A model generated the notes under the pieces. The model saw nothing but the letters and a program-made list of their open reading frames with translations, made no database searches and was not told the DNA's origin. Below, in pieces: positions 26,964 to 37,691 of a stretch of 64,000 nucleotides of DNA. Numbering within the stretch: position 1 is the first letter of the stretch; the number at the start of each line of letters is the position of its first letter. Source of the DNA: a virus (taxonomy: Duplodnaviria > Caudoviricetes); the IMG/VR virus record IMGVR_UViG_3300032327_001202, positions 18,828-82,827 of that record; one strand, 5' to 3'. The translations under genes and the position numbers were made by a program.

Positions 26964-28700
26964 TTAAATTATTGTGCCTTTTTTATAAGATAAAACAGCG
27001 TCTGTTAATTTACTTTTAACTTTATCTGTTAATAACTTATGATATTTATTATAAGTATTATCATCACAAGAAAATTGAGAACCAGCAGCACCTTCTGTTA
27101 AAAAAGAATAATTTTTTATTTCTGTATCACCAAAAGAAATTTTTGTATCAATATTATCTTTAATTGTAGGATAACCACCACTTTTATCTTTTGTTACATC
27201 TATATAATCAAAAGTTGTATTATTACCACCTTTAACATCCATTAAATACCATTCACAATTATCAATTTTAATAGGACTATTAGATGTATTTAGTGAATCT
27301 AAAAGTCCTATTCCTTCATGATCATTTTCTATATTAGGATATTTAGCATCTCTTAATTTAAATCCTTTATGATTTAAATTTATCCAATCTCTAATTATTT
27401 TATCATTATTTTTCCAATAATAAAAATATATTCCTTTAAACTCTTCCTTTTTATTATTAGCTTTAAATTCAAAAAAACATTTTTCCAAAGCTATACATAT
27501 AAAAGCTAATTGATTACTTGTAGCAGCCGCAAAAAACTTTTTATTTATTTTATCATAATCTGGTCTACCTGAAACTTGCCAATAAAAAGTTTTTGGTTCT
27601 ATATCTCTTTTATTTTTCTTAATAAGTGTCCCATTATAAGTTACTTTATCAACTGAATCCCCTTTAATTCCAAAATAATCAAACATTAGTTTATTTTTAT
27701 TACTATCAAAATCTGATAATTTATTTTTATCAAGCATATTCCTCATAAAAGTAAATATTATTTGACCTTGTTTATCATTACCACTTGGTGTAGCAGTTGC
27801 TTCTTCAGCTTCATTAATAAATTTAATACTTTCTAATTTAGTTTGTTTATTTGGTTCTTCTACAACTGTAGTATTTTTTACTTTAAATTTAGAATTAGCA
27901 AATATTTTTCTCATTTCTTTATCTTGAAATATTTTCTCAATACCATCTCTCCATTTATTAAATATAGAATTTGCTATAAAAGGTCCATTTGGTGCTCTTT
28001 CTTCAGTCCACTGACCTCCACCTGGTTCTTTTCCTACATAAGTATATTCTAAATAAGTTTTTTGAGATACTTTACCTAAAGGTCTTCCTGTTGGAATTTG
28101 AGGAGTAAAATATAATTGATGTGCTTGTTGAAATAAATCAACTATTTTAATAATAGGATCTTTATCTGTATCATCTGGAGTATAAGACCATGATTCTACA
28201 TCTTGTGAACCTATATATTCCATTTTTTTATAATCTTCATCCGTCATTTCCCATTTTTGTCTTTCTTCTTGTTTAAAGATTGTTCCAAACAAACCATCTA
28301 TAGTTAGAGGAGTTGATGCACTAGCGCCTTGAGTAGGCGCTGTTACTGATGCACTTCCTCCTTGAGTTTGAGATGTATTTGATGCACTTCCTCCTTGAGT
28401 TTGAGAGGTATTTGATGCACTACCACTTTGTGGTTGATTTTGTATAGAAGAATTATTATTTGAAGCACTTGCTCCTTTATTATCATTGTTATTTAAACCT
28501 TTATATATAGTATCTAATTTATTAATCCAATAATTAGAGTCTTGTTTTTTTGTGTTATCAGCAGAAACAAACTCATCTAATAGTGATTTTAATTCTGTAT
28601 TATTTTTATCAGATTTTGAAGCTTTTGCTAATTTATCATAAATAAAATCAGAATTAAGTTCTTCTTTTAATAAAGTTGGATGTTTTTTTATATATCTCAT
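26964..28700 (-). CDS. Hypothetical protein (possible head-internal protein)
   Basis: 578 aa; MRYIKK..LLKEE leader, internal FINEA site, Q/S/G linker repeats. Confidence 0.75.
   Translation of the reverse strand: MRYIKKHPTLLKEELNSDFIYDKLAKASKSDKNNTELKSLLDEFVSADNTKKQDSNYWINKLDTIYKGLNNNDNKGASASNNNSSIQNQPQSGSASNTSQTQGGSASNTSQTQGGSASVTAPTQGASASTPLTIDGLFGTIFKQEERQKWEMTDEDYKKMEYIGSQDVESWSYTPDDTDKDPIIKIVDLFQQAHQLYFTPQIPTGRPLGKVSQKTYLEYTYVGKEPGGGQWTEERAPNGPFIANSIFNKWRDGIEKIFQDKEMRKIFANSKFKVKNTTVVEEPNKQTKLESIKFINEAEEATATPSGNDKQGQIIFTFMRNMLDKNKLSDFDSNKNKLMFDYFGIKGDSVDKVTYNGTLIKKNKRDIEPKTFYWQVSGRPDYDKINKKFFAAATSNQLAFICIALEKCFFEFKANNKKEEFKGIYFYYWKNNDKIIRDWINLNHKGFKLRDAKYPNIENDHEGIGLLDSLNTSNSPIKIDNCEWYLMDVKGGNNTTFDYIDVTKDKSGGYPTIKDNIDTKISFGDTEIKNYSFLTEGAAGSQFSCDDNTYNKYHKLLTDKVKSKLTDAVLSYKKGTII
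28340..28430 (-). repeat. Coding 33-bp repeat (QGGSASNTSQT, about 2.5 copies)
   Basis: gatgcacttcctccttgagtttgaga occurs twice at 33-bp spacing. Confidence 0.85.
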
Positions 28701-28735
28701 AATTTTTTATTTTTTAATTTATTTAAATAAAAAAC

Positions 28736-29554
28736 TTAAATACTAAGTTTTTTATTTAACTCTGCAATTTCTTCTTCTTTTTTCTTAATATCATCTTCTA
28801 TTTTTGATTTAAGTACAGGATTATTTGCATTATTCAATGCTTCTTTCTGATTATTAATACTATCTTTGATAGTATTAATTTGTTCTTCAACTTTTTTCTT
28901 CTCATCACTAATATCAACTTGATTATTAACCTGACTTGCACTAGGACCATTATAAGTAAGTAGCCCTTGTGGTTTAATTGGTTGAGGAGCTTCTTCTTCA
29001 GGTTTAGATTCTTCTTTTGGATTTTTTAAAGTTTTCAACTTTTGTGCAAAATCTCTTAATTGTTTCAAAATAAAATCACGATTATCAATTTTATACTGAT
29101 AGTCACCTGCTTTATCTTTTAGATTTAATTCAGTTAATGCTTCAATGGCAGCTTGTATTAAACCACCATTACCATTTTTACCTATAAGTTGAATCTTTTT
29201 TTCTTCAAACTCAATATCCTCATTTTTAACCATCTCATCAACATTAGACATAGCAAGACGATATAAATAATAACCATACTCATTCTTTAATTCACCACTC
29301 ATATTCTCATCTAACATTAAGTATAATTGATCTCTAACTTTTGTTACTAAGGGAGTTACTTGAGTTCCTTTATATGCATTTGTTGCTCTTCTAATTGTAG
29401 AGTTTATCAAACGGCCAAACCATGAACCACCAAATCTAATATCATTACCTACTATTTCAGTAATTAAATTAGAATCTTGATTAAGTAATTCAGGATTAAT
29501 TAAAGATTGTTTTACGTTAGATATAAATAATTTTCTTTCTTTGATATATTTCAT
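28736..29554 (-). CDS. Hypothetical protein
   Basis: 272-aa ORF, MKYIKE leader, coiled-coil C-terminus. Confidence 0.75.
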   Translation of the reverse strand: MKYIKERKLFISNVKQSLINPELLNQDSNLITEIVGNDIRFGGSWFGRLINSTIRRATNAYKGTQVTPLVTKVRDQLYLMLDENMSGELKNEYGYYLYRLAMSNVDEMVKNEDIEFEEKKIQLIGKNGNGGLIQAAIEALTELNLKDKAGDYQYKIDNRDFILKQLRDFAQKLKTLKNPKEESKPEEEAPQPIKPQGLLTYNGPSASQVNNQVDISDEKKKVEEQINTIKDSINNQKEALNNANNPVLKSKIEDDIKKKEEEIAELNKKLSI

Positions 29555-29750
29555 TTATCTATTATATTTTATTTATTATATATTAAAATATAATTGTTGT
29601 ATTTTACATTAGATAATTTAAATAAACATGATTTTTAATGTTGAGAAAAAGTAGTAAATATAAGTAAATATAGTATATTATATATATCATGATCTTGCAT
29701 GAATTCAAATTTATTTCATTCTGATTAAAATCTGCGTAAATTAAAAAATT

Positions 29751-30101
29751 GTGTTTTTTCCAAAAAAACACATATCGGTTATTTTGGAGTTTAAGATTAA
29801 AATATATATGTGTATGAGATTTTTAAAATTAAAAATTAATGATAAAATCATTACCGACCCAATTGAAATAAACAAAATATTATCTAAACAAAAATTTTAT
29901 TGGTTAATAGATTCAGAAATTGAAATGGCTGATATTGAAATCATACATGATACTATTGTATGGAATAGTGGTAATTTTTATACTGGAAATTGGTATTATG
30001 GAATTTGGAAAGGGGGTAATTTTTACGGGATTTGGGAGAATGGGATATTTGAAGCAGGTAAATTTGAAGGAAAGTTTTTATCAGGAATAAAAAATATTTA
30101 A
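29751..30101 (+). CDS. Hypothetical protein with G-x-W/F pentapeptide-like repeats
   Basis: NSGNFYTGNWYYGIWKGGNFYGIWENGIFEAGKF; true start probably an ATG near 29787-29793. Confidence 0.65.
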   Translation: MFFPKKHISVILEFKIKIYMCMRFLKLKINDKIITDPIEINKILSKQKFYWLIDSEIEMADIEIIHDTIVWNSGNFYTGNWYYGIWKGGNFYGIWENGIFEAGKFEGKFLSGIKNI

Positions 30102-30104
30102 CTT

Positions 30105-30545
30105 ATGAGAAAAAAAAGACTTAATGAAGCAGATAACATTATTTTTAAAAATAATAACATCAGCATCATAAAAGATTTAGAAAACCAATATGTTTATGAA
30201 ATAGGAAATGAAATTACATATGATGTTGGTGAAGCAGTTGCTCTAATGATCGGTGATAATTCTAAAAATTTATGGGATTTAGATATAAAAGTTAAATTAA
30301 CAGATATTTCTCCTGAAAAAACTTTATACTGGATGAGTGGTGGTAATAAAGAATGGAAAACTTTAGAACATTATAATAAAACATGGACGGATTGTTATTT
30401 AGATTTTTTAGAAGAATATGGATATATTATCATAAATATTCTTCGTAAGTCTAAAAAGTTAGTAGATATTAAAAGAGGATTTCAAAAACATATTAATTTA
30501 CCGACAATGTATGACTTTGCAATAAGTAAAGGTTTTGTCAAATAA
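30105..30545 (+). CDS. Hypothetical protein
   Basis: 146-aa ORF. Confidence 0.7.
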   Translation: MRKKRLNEADNIIFKNNNISIIKDLENQYVYEIGNEITYDVGEAVALMIGDNSKNLWDLDIKVKLTDISPEKTLYWMSGGNKEWKTLEHYNKTWTDCYLDFLEEYGYIIINILRKSKKLVDIKRGFQKHINLPTMYDFAISKGFVK

Positions 30546-30563
30546 AATTTAATATATAACTTA

Positions 30564-31421
30564 ATGGAAAAATTTAAATGTAATGTTTTTGATATAGATA
30601 CTATTTTAGTAATAGATAGTAAAGTATGGATAGTTGATAAAACTAAACCAAATATCCCTATATTAAAAATAAGCGAATATGAATTTAATTTAATTAAAGA
30701 CGGTATATATAAAAGTCAAGATAATAAAATATATTTTAATGGTAAAGTATATTGGCTTCCTACAACATTATATAATAATATAAAAATTCATGCTAAAAAC
30801 TATAAAGCAGATCTTAATAATTTAGGAATATCTATTCAAGAATTTCTAAACAAAGATATTATTGATAATACTAACTATGAATTAAGAATAGATTTACTAA
30901 ATAAATTATTAAAGAATAAAACAGATGATAATTATATAATTTGTTCTAAATTAACTAAAAGAAATTATGAATCTATAATTGAAAAAGTTGAAAAAAAGTT
31001 AAATGAAGAAGGTATTATAATTAAAAAATTTATTTTCATAAATGAAACTTTTTATGATAAAGATGCTGATTTTGTACATTACAAAAAAATAGAATTTTTA
31101 TTAAGACTATTGACCGGATATAAAATTCAAGATAAAAAGTTTATAGATAAACAAAATAAACAATATAGTGTTGTTAATTTTTATGATATTGATTTAGGAA
31201 CTCTTAGTATATATAATGATATAAATAATTACTTAAAAAGTATTTTAAGTAAAACTGATAATGGTCTAAAAGAAGTTATTAAAGAAAACATAGATTTAAT
31301 AAAACCACTTTTAGAAATAAATCAATTAACTACAAATAAGCATAATCAAATTATTTCCAAAAGTGTTTATTTAGATTATTCTAATCTTTTCAAGACTTTT
31401 GAATCTTTTAATAAAAGATAA
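30564..31421 (+). CDS. Hypothetical protein, possible degenerate HAD fold
   Basis: N-terminal VFDIDT resembles HAD motif I. Confidence 0.5.
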   Translation: MEKFKCNVFDIDTILVIDSKVWIVDKTKPNIPILKISEYEFNLIKDGIYKSQDNKIYFNGKVYWLPTTLYNNIKIHAKNYKADLNNLGISIQEFLNKDIIDNTNYELRIDLLNKLLKNKTDDNYIICSKLTKRNYESIIEKVEKKLNEEGIIIKKFIFINETFYDKDADFVHYKKIEFLLRLLTGYKIQDKKFIDKQNKQYSVVNFYDIDLGTLSIYNDINNYLKSILSKTDNGLKEVIKENIDLIKPLLEINQLTTNKHNQIISKSVYLDYSNLFKTFESFNKR

Positions 31422-32066
31422 TTAATCCTTATTTTTAAGGATTTTATCAATCATATCATTTAAACTTCTTGCATCAACAACTTGTTTATCATCTTCAACA
31501 ACCTTGTTAATTTCTTCCTCTTGGATTAATTCTTCTTTAACTTCTGGTTCAATTGAAGTAGTTACATTTGTTAAACCTAAATCTTTACGAATTTCTTTAT
31601 AGAATTTTTCTAATTCAGTTCTTTGAGTAGAAATAAATTTAATATTTTCTCTCATCTGACCTACTGTTTGATTCACAACTTCATGCATTCTAGCACTATT
31701 ATCACCATTATCAATTTGTCTTAACTGTGTTAAATAGTTCTTTCTTGTCATTTTACCCAAGAACATAGTTTCTGCATATATTGAAGCATCCTGCCTCATT
31801 TTTTGTTTAATATATCCATGTTCCATTACTACTTTAGAATCTCCTAAATATAAATCAACTAATGATTCTAACATATCTGATGCTTCAGTATTTGCTGTAG
31901 TAAGATCTAAATCATAATTATATATTTCTATTTCACCTAAATCGGGTAAATCATCTTCTGTTGCAAAGTATTTTGTTAAATCTAGCCCTTTGCTAGTTTC
32001 TTGAATTCTTTCAAACTCCTCTTTTATAGACTCCATTTTGACGTCTTTTTCTGATTTTTTTGCCAT
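31422..32066 (-). CDS. Hypothetical helical protein
   Basis: 214-aa ORF divergent from the terminase; no recognised motif. Confidence 0.7.
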   Translation of the reverse strand: MAKKSEKDVKMESIKEEFERIQETSKGLDLTKYFATEDDLPDLGEIEIYNYDLDLTTANTEASDMLESLVDLYLGDSKVVMEHGYIKQKMRQDASIYAETMFLGKMTRKNYLTQLRQIDNGDNSARMHEVVNQTVGQMRENIKFISTQRTELEKFYKEIRKDLGLTNVTTSIEPEVKEELIQEEEINKVVEDDKQVVDARSLNDMIDKILKNKD

Positions 32067-34270
32067 ATTTTTATGTATATGATATTTATTTATATATATT
32101 AAAAAATAATTTTTCTTTTATGGCTAAAAGCACAAAGATAGATGAAGAAGAATTAAGGAAATTTGTCTTTAACTCAGAACTAGTTGAAGAATTAACGCAG
32201 AAAATAAATGACGGTATTGTATTAAAACGTTATCAAAATCCTTGGTTCAAAAATGAAATAGGAAATAGGAGAGCAGGTATAACCTTCGCAATGACTCCTG
32301 AAGAAATCGCAGAATATATTAAATGTAAAACAGATATAAAATACTTCGCACAAAAATATTGTAAAATTAAAGTTGAAGATGGTAGTATTAAAAATCTAAC
32401 ACTCAGAGATTATCAAATAGATATATTAGAATTATATCAAAATAGAAAATCTATTCTATGTGGTAGTCGTCAGATAGGTAAAACTATTAATGCCGCAATT
32501 ACCATGTTACACTTTGTAACATTTAATAATGATAAAAATATCATGATTGTGGCTAATATAGCCAGTACAACAATTGAAATTGTAGATAAAATTAAATCTA
32601 TATATGTTCACCTTCCATTCTTCCTTAAAGTAGGTATTAAAAACTGGAACCAAAGAACAATGATATTTGAAAATGGTTGTCGTATTAAAACAGCTGCAAG
32701 AAGTAGAACTCCCGCTATCGGTTTTACGATAGACTTTTTATACTTAGATGAATTTGCACACATTCCTTCTAATATTATCGAACCTTATTATCAAGCAGTT
32801 TATCCCGTAGTATCTGCGGTAGAAAACTCAAAAATAATTATTACATCAACCCCTAATGGAATGAATCTATTTTATAGATTATTAACCGATGCGGAACGCC
32901 CTGAAGGCGATCCTCAAAAAAATCAGTTTAAGGCATTAAGAATATATTGGTATCAAGTACCAGGAAGATTCGTAACATTTTATAGATTAAACCCTGTTAA
33001 ATTATTTAAATTTGGTTTAACAGAAGAATCTTTATATGAACAAGTTATAGCTAACTTTTCACACTTAACTAAAGTAGAAAAAAAGTTCGATGCTGAAATA
33101 GAAAAAGAAACTATAGCAATTCATAATAATGAACTATGTCCTGAAGAATTAACAAAATCTTTTCAATTTTATGACAACAATAATGTATTAACACCTATTC
33201 AATTAGCATGTGACGTTTCTACATGGAAAGAAGATTCTATAAAAAATATAGGTGGAGAAGATGCATTTAACCAAGAATATGGTTTACGTTTTATTAACGC
33301 AACTCGTTCTATATTAAGTGAAAGTGTGATAGATACGCTAATAAAAGGAAAAAAGCATTTTGAGTATAGAGATATACCTATGTTTGATGATAAATTAAGA
33401 TTTAGTTATAGAGACTTAGCATGGGTTGATAATGATACATTTAATCATGCAAATCGTAAAGATATTAAAGGTATAATGTCGATTGATATATCTGAGGGTT
33501 TAGGTCAAGATTATACTATTATAAATATATTTAGAATAGCGTTAAAACCTATAGAATTAATTGAAGCTCAAAAATCTAATTTATATGATTTTAGTGATTT
33601 CTTTTGGTTAGAACAAATTGGATTATATAGATCTAATTTAATTTCTGTTAAACAATTATCAGATTTATTTTATATGTTAGCTTTTGAATATTTTGATTAT
33701 GAAAAGTTTAGAGTAGTATTAGAAACGAATACTTATGGTAGTGAGTTTTTAGCACATTTACCACATGTATTTGATGGTAATAATAATTATGGTTCTGGTA
33801 TATTTTTTAGATATAAACACAGGATGGATTCTAGTGAAGAAAAAGTAGGATTAAAATTAGGAGATAATAAAAATCTTTTAGTTAAAGATTATCAAGAAAA
33901 CATGAATAAAAGAAATTTTCACATAACTAATGAAGATAATATTAAAGAAATAACCACGTTTGTTAGACACATAACATCAGCAGGTAATGTTAGATATGCT
34001 GCGGATATAGGTAAAGATGACTTAGCCATGTCATTAGTAAATGCTTCATCTATATTTAGTCGTTATGATTATAAAGAGATGATACAAGATTTTAGTAAAG
34101 AGTTGCCAAGTGATGTATTAAATTATATTAATAATATAATAAATAATTCAAGTGAAGCTAAAGAAGTTTCGGATTATTCTGCATTAATAAATGTTAATCG
34201 TAGAAGAAAAAATGCTACTTCATATACTTATGAAAAAAGTATAGATTGGCATGGTAAAAAATATTATTAA
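32060..34270 (+). CDS. gp17: Terminase large subunit (gp17-like)
   Basis: LRDYQ, SRQIGKT (Walker A), LYLDEFAH (Walker B), TSTPNG, nuclease IDISEG..DY and DDLAMS; start probably MAKSTK at 32120. Confidence 0.95.
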   Translation: MPYFYVYDIYLYILKNNFSFMAKSTKIDEEELRKFVFNSELVEELTQKINDGIVLKRYQNPWFKNEIGNRRAGITFAMTPEEIAEYIKCKTDIKYFAQKYCKIKVEDGSIKNLTLRDYQIDILELYQNRKSILCGSRQIGKTINAAITMLHFVTFNNDKNIMIVANIASTTIEIVDKIKSIYVHLPFFLKVGIKNWNQRTMIFENGCRIKTAARSRTPAIGFTIDFLYLDEFAHIPSNIIEPYYQAVYPVVSAVENSKIIITSTPNGMNLFYRLLTDAERPEGDPQKNQFKALRIYWYQVPGRFVTFYRLNPVKLFKFGLTEESLYEQVIANFSHLTKVEKKFDAEIEKETIAIHNNELCPEELTKSFQFYDNNNVLTPIQLACDVSTWKEDSIKNIGGEDAFNQEYGLRFINATRSILSESVIDTLIKGKKHFEYRDIPMFDDKLRFSYRDLAWVDNDTFNHANRKDIKGIMSIDISEGLGQDYTIINIFRIALKPIELIEAQKSNLYDFSDFFWLEQIGLYRSNLISVKQLSDLFYMLAFEYFDYEKFRVVLETNTYGSEFLAHLPHVFDGNNNYGSGIFFRYKHRMDSSEEKVGLKLGDNKNLLVKDYQENMNKRNFHITNEDNIKEITTFVRHITSAGNVRYAADIGKDDLAMSLVNASSIFSRYDYKEMIQDFSKELPSDVLNYINNIINNSSEAKEVSDYSALINVNRRRKNATSYTYEKSIDWHGKKYY

Positions 34271-34288
34271 AAATTAATATATACAGAT

Positions 34289-35551
34289 ATGGAAAATTAT
34301 GTTAAAGTTTTTGAACTCTTTGATAAGAGAACTAATGTATTTAAAAATGCTAGTGTAGATAAAATAGAAGGTCAGAGTAAACAACCTTATACTCAAACAA
34401 TTAATTACTTTTTTACATTTGAGGAAGCTAAGAAAAAAATAAGTTCTATATGGAACTTTTCTACTCCTGAATTAAATAAAAGAATTGATAAAGAAGTAAG
34501 TCCTTCATTGATAAAAAAATTTGGGGATAAAGTTAAAGATAAGTTAGGTATTTCTAAAGAAAAAGAAATTAAAATAAAAAGCTTAACAAGTTTAGGTATT
34601 TCTGAAAAAAAAGAAAGTAATCAATTATTTTACTATACATATCAAGGTTTAAGAATTGCTAAAATAGAATTTGATAGAACTAAAGTTCATGATAGAAGTT
34701 GGAAAATGACTTTTTATTATTATGATGGAGTTAATGGAGATTCTAGTAAAAAAGTTCCAGGAGAAATACCTTCTAATAGTAAAAAGAAAGAAGATAATAT
34801 ACCTGGTAATATAGAAAGTAATAATCAAGGAGAAGAAAATAATAAACCTAAAGAATTAGGATATAAAAAAGATATTGTTGTTCCATTTATAGATAGTTCA
34901 AAAAAAGCATTAGATTTTATTAAAAAGCATTTAGATTATATTTACAAACCAAGTGATACAGAAATAGAAATTGGGGATATGAAAGTTTTAAAAGATTCTA
35001 ATAAAAAATTTACTATTAAAATAGATAATAGAAGTATTGAAGTAGTAAATAGTGATATAGTAAAAGGATTAAATCAGGTATTTAATTATGAAGGATCTTC
35101 TGATGCTAAACAAATAGGAAATGGAGAAACTCCAAATGAAGATCCTATAAAAACTGATAAAGAATCTAATAAAGATACAGAAGAAAAAGTTGATACATTT
35201 GAGGAACATAAAAAGAAAGATACGCCTGAAAATAAACTTTTAAGTGAACTTACTAAAATCAAAAATGATATTAATAATGAAGATTATAAAAAAATAAGAA
35301 GTTCTTATAGAATGTTGGTTCATCCGGACAAATTAGGTAAAGTTATAGAAGTGAAAGATGATGAAGGTAGAAATACAACTGAAAGAGAACATTCTAAGTT
35401 AGATAATAAAATTATTGCAATATATACAGAAACAGAAGAAATTTTAGGTAATAAACAATTATCAGAATCTGATAAAAAAAATCGTATAAAAGGAGATTTA
35501 GATAAAATAATAAATTTATTAGAAAAAGAAATAAAAAAAGAGGCTAAGTAA
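34289..35551 (+). CDS. Hypothetical protein with a C-terminal J-domain-like HPD segment
   Basis: YKKIRSSYRMLVHPDK resembles DnaJ helix II-HPD. Confidence 0.55.
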   Translation: MENYVKVFELFDKRTNVFKNASVDKIEGQSKQPYTQTINYFFTFEEAKKKISSIWNFSTPELNKRIDKEVSPSLIKKFGDKVKDKLGISKEKEIKIKSLTSLGISEKKESNQLFYYTYQGLRIAKIEFDRTKVHDRSWKMTFYYYDGVNGDSSKKVPGEIPSNSKKKEDNIPGNIESNNQGEENNKPKELGYKKDIVVPFIDSSKKALDFIKKHLDYIYKPSDTEIEIGDMKVLKDSNKKFTIKIDNRSIEVVNSDIVKGLNQVFNYEGSSDAKQIGNGETPNEDPIKTDKESNKDTEEKVDTFEEHKKKDTPENKLLSELTKIKNDINNEDYKKIRSSYRMLVHPDKLGKVIEVKDDEGRNTTEREHSKLDNKIIAIYTETEEILGNKQLSESDKKNRIKGDLDKIINLLEKEIKKEAK

Positions 35552-35566
35552 TTAGCCTCTTTTTTT
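35533..35566. terminator. Bidirectional terminator
   Basis: AAAAAAAGAGGCTAA-GTAA-TTAGCCTCTTTTTTT. Confidence 0.8.
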
Positions 35567-35567
35567 A

Positions 35568-35852
35568 TTAGATATTTTCTTCCATTGTCACACTAAGACC
35601 TTTTGACTTTAATTGTTCATACATCTTAGTTACTATTTCTTTAGTACCTCTTTTTACATCACATTTACCTCTAAAATGTACTATATGAGCACACTGAGAT
35701 GCTTGTTCGTAAGAATGCTTACAAACTTTCATTAAACACTCTATTACGTGTTCAAAACTATTATAGTCGTCATTGTGAAGTAAAAGGGTAAAAGGTTGAC
35801 TTAAGATCTCATCTACTTTTGTTTCACTTTTTGTTTCTGTAATTGTTGCCAT
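35568..35852 (-). CDS. clpS: ATP-dependent Clp protease adaptor ClpS
   Basis: LLLHNDDYNSFEHVIECL..A...VHFRGKC pattern. Confidence 0.9.
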   Translation of the reverse strand: MATITETKSETKVDEILSQPFTLLLHNDDYNSFEHVIECLMKVCKHSYEQASQCAHIVHFRGKCDVKRGTKEIVTKMYEQLKSKGLSVTMEENI

Positions 35853-35856
35853 ATTA

Positions 35857-36357
35857 TTATATTAATTTTTTCTTGTTTATAACATCTATTATTTCAATAG
35901 GAACTTTTTGTTTAGGAGCCCATTCATTTACAAACTTAATTAAATGTTCATGTCTATCATCGAATAAAATGAATTTCTTTGGTTTATATCTATCAATTAG
36001 ATTTGTAAATAATCTTGCTTTAAATAAATATGTATCCATGCCAGGGTTACAATACAAATCTATATCAATATCATGAAGTTTTAAAACTTTTATTACTGAT
36101 CCTCTTAACTTCTCAACTCTACCTGTTGCTAAAAAGCAATGACTGTTAGTATCTTCTGAATATTGTTTATAAAATTTATATACCCATTCATTACGAGGTA
36201 TATAAAATATATTTGTATTTAAGGATTCTTTATTTCCCCACCAACCTCTTCCTTGCCAAGAAGAACCTGTTTCTTTTTCCCAAAGATCTTTACCACTTTC
36301 TGGTGTTGGAGTGTGGAACATTGTTGAATCAAAATCAAAACTCACTAGGTTTTCCAT
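35857..36357 (-). CDS. HAD-superfamily phosphatase ('Swiss Army Knife' RNA-repair HAD-like)
   Basis: FDFDSTMFHTP (DxD motif I), LATGR, FDDRHEH; WW-containing segment typical of this subfamily. Confidence 0.7.
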   Translation of the reverse strand: MENLVSFDFDSTMFHTPTPESGKDLWEKETGSSWQGRGWWGNKESLNTNIFYIPRNEWVYKFYKQYSEDTNSHCFLATGRVEKLRGSVIKVLKLHDIDIDLYCNPGMDTYLFKARLFTNLIDRYKPKKFILFDDRHEHLIKFVNEWAPKQKVPIEIIDVINKKKLI

Positions 36358-36447
36358 TTTTAATTATTTTTATTTATATAACAAATATAAGAAAAATATT
36401 TATTAAAACAAAGTATTTTTTTTATATATAAAAATAAAAAAGTTTCT

Positions 36448-37065
36448 ATGAATAAATTATTTATTCCAATTATCGGAACCCTACTTATCATTTTATTTTT
36501 AATGAGATTTAATAGTTGTGGTTGCCATTCTCCAATCCCTCAAATAAAATCAGACACATTAGTAATACATGATACTATTAAAATTTATGATACTACTCCT
36601 GGAAAGATTGAGTTTGTAAAATCTAAGCCAATTCAACATTGGGATACTATACCAAAATATATTCCTGATACAAATTATCCTGGTTTATTAAAACAATATA
36701 ATAATTTAGGAAATGAGTATTTTACTCAAAATATATATAAAGCTATATATAGAATAGATTCATTAGGAACATTAACTGCAATAGATACCATATCACAAAA
36801 TAAATTAACAGGTACTTCTTTAATTACTAATTTAAAAATACCATATAAAAGAATAGTTGTAACTAATACTATAATACCTGCTGCTAAAAATCAATTATAT
36901 ATAGGTGGTGGTCTTAATGGAAATAGAAGTTCATTAATAAATTCAGCAGAAGTTGGGCTTATTTTAAAGACGAATAAAGATCAAATTTTCCAAGTAAAAG
37001 TAAGTGAAGACTTAGATGGTAAAATTAATTATGGAGTTGGAACTTATTGGAAAATAAAATTATAG
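36448..37065 (+). CDS. Membrane-anchored or secreted hypothetical protein (possibly lysis/spanin-related)
   Basis: N-terminal hydrophobic helix, DTLVIHDT repeats, C-terminal beta-strands ending YWKIKL. Confidence 0.6.
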   Translation: MNKLFIPIIGTLLIILFLMRFNSCGCHSPIPQIKSDTLVIHDTIKIYDTTPGKIEFVKSKPIQHWDTIPKYIPDTNYPGLLKQYNNLGNEYFTQNIYKAIYRIDSLGTLTAIDTISQNKLTGTSLITNLKIPYKRIVVTNTIIPAAKNQLYIGGGLNGNRSSLINSAEVGLILKTNKDQIFQVKVSEDLDGKINYGVGTYWKIKL

Positions 37066-37124
37066 AAAATTAATAAAAAATGACTTTTGATTAATAATAT
37101 ATAATTAAAATTAAAATTAAAATT

Positions 37125-37631
37125 ATGAAATACATAAAACAATATGAAAATCATGTAAAATTAAAAAAGGCACAAGAAGTTCCTGTTAAAGAAGTAAAAA
37201 CTTTACAAGTGATTAATGAAAGTGTTGAAATAATTGATGATATATATGAAGTTAGAACAACTACTGAGATCCCTCAATCTCTTATTAATGGTTTTATTAA
37301 AAAAGCAGAAACTAATTTAGACATTAAAGTTCGTAAAACTTACAGTGATAAAGACCTTGCTGAGATGTTAGTTAATAAAGTTATTAAAATGAATTTAGAT
37401 ATTGAGAAGTTAAACCCAAGTGATTTCTTTGGAGGAGGACAATCTTCTTCACAAGAAGGACAATCTCAAGAAACTCCAACAGAAGCTCCAACTGAGACAC
37501 CTCAAGAAGATTCAGCAGAAGCTCCTCAATCTCAACCACAAGCACAAGCACAATCAGCTCCTACAGAAGGATATGAAAGTACAGAAGAAAATTTACCAGA
37601 AGAACAAACTCAAACTCAAGAACAAGTTTAA
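37125..37631 (+). CDS. Hypothetical protein with CTS-like leader and Q/E/P/T-rich tail
   Basis: MKYIKQYENH; low-complexity C-terminus. Confidence 0.75.
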   Translation: MKYIKQYENHVKLKKAQEVPVKEVKTLQVINESVEIIDDIYEVRTTTEIPQSLINGFIKKAETNLDIKVRKTYSDKDLAEMLVNKVIKMNLDIEKLNPSDFFGGGQSSSQEGQSQETPTEAPTETPQEDSAEAPQSQPQAQAQSAPTEGYESTEENLPEEQTQTQEQV

Positions 37632-37647
37632 AAATAAAAGCCAAAAC

Positions 37648-37676
37648 AAAAAAACCACCGATTAGGTGGTTTTTTA
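37648..37676 (+). terminator. Terminator
   Basis: AAAAAAACCACC-GATTA-GGTGGTTTTTT. Confidence 0.75.
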
Positions 37677-37691
37677 TTTAATATATACTTT

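Noticed and set aside
31422-32066. Small terminase subunit
   Set aside because: Adjacent to gp17 and helical, but divergently oriented and without a recognisable gp16 motif; left as hypothetical.
32969-33223. Intein in the terminase
   Set aside because: No Cys/Ser at the start, no His-Asn at the end, and no LAGLIDADG motifs; kept only as a plain insertion.
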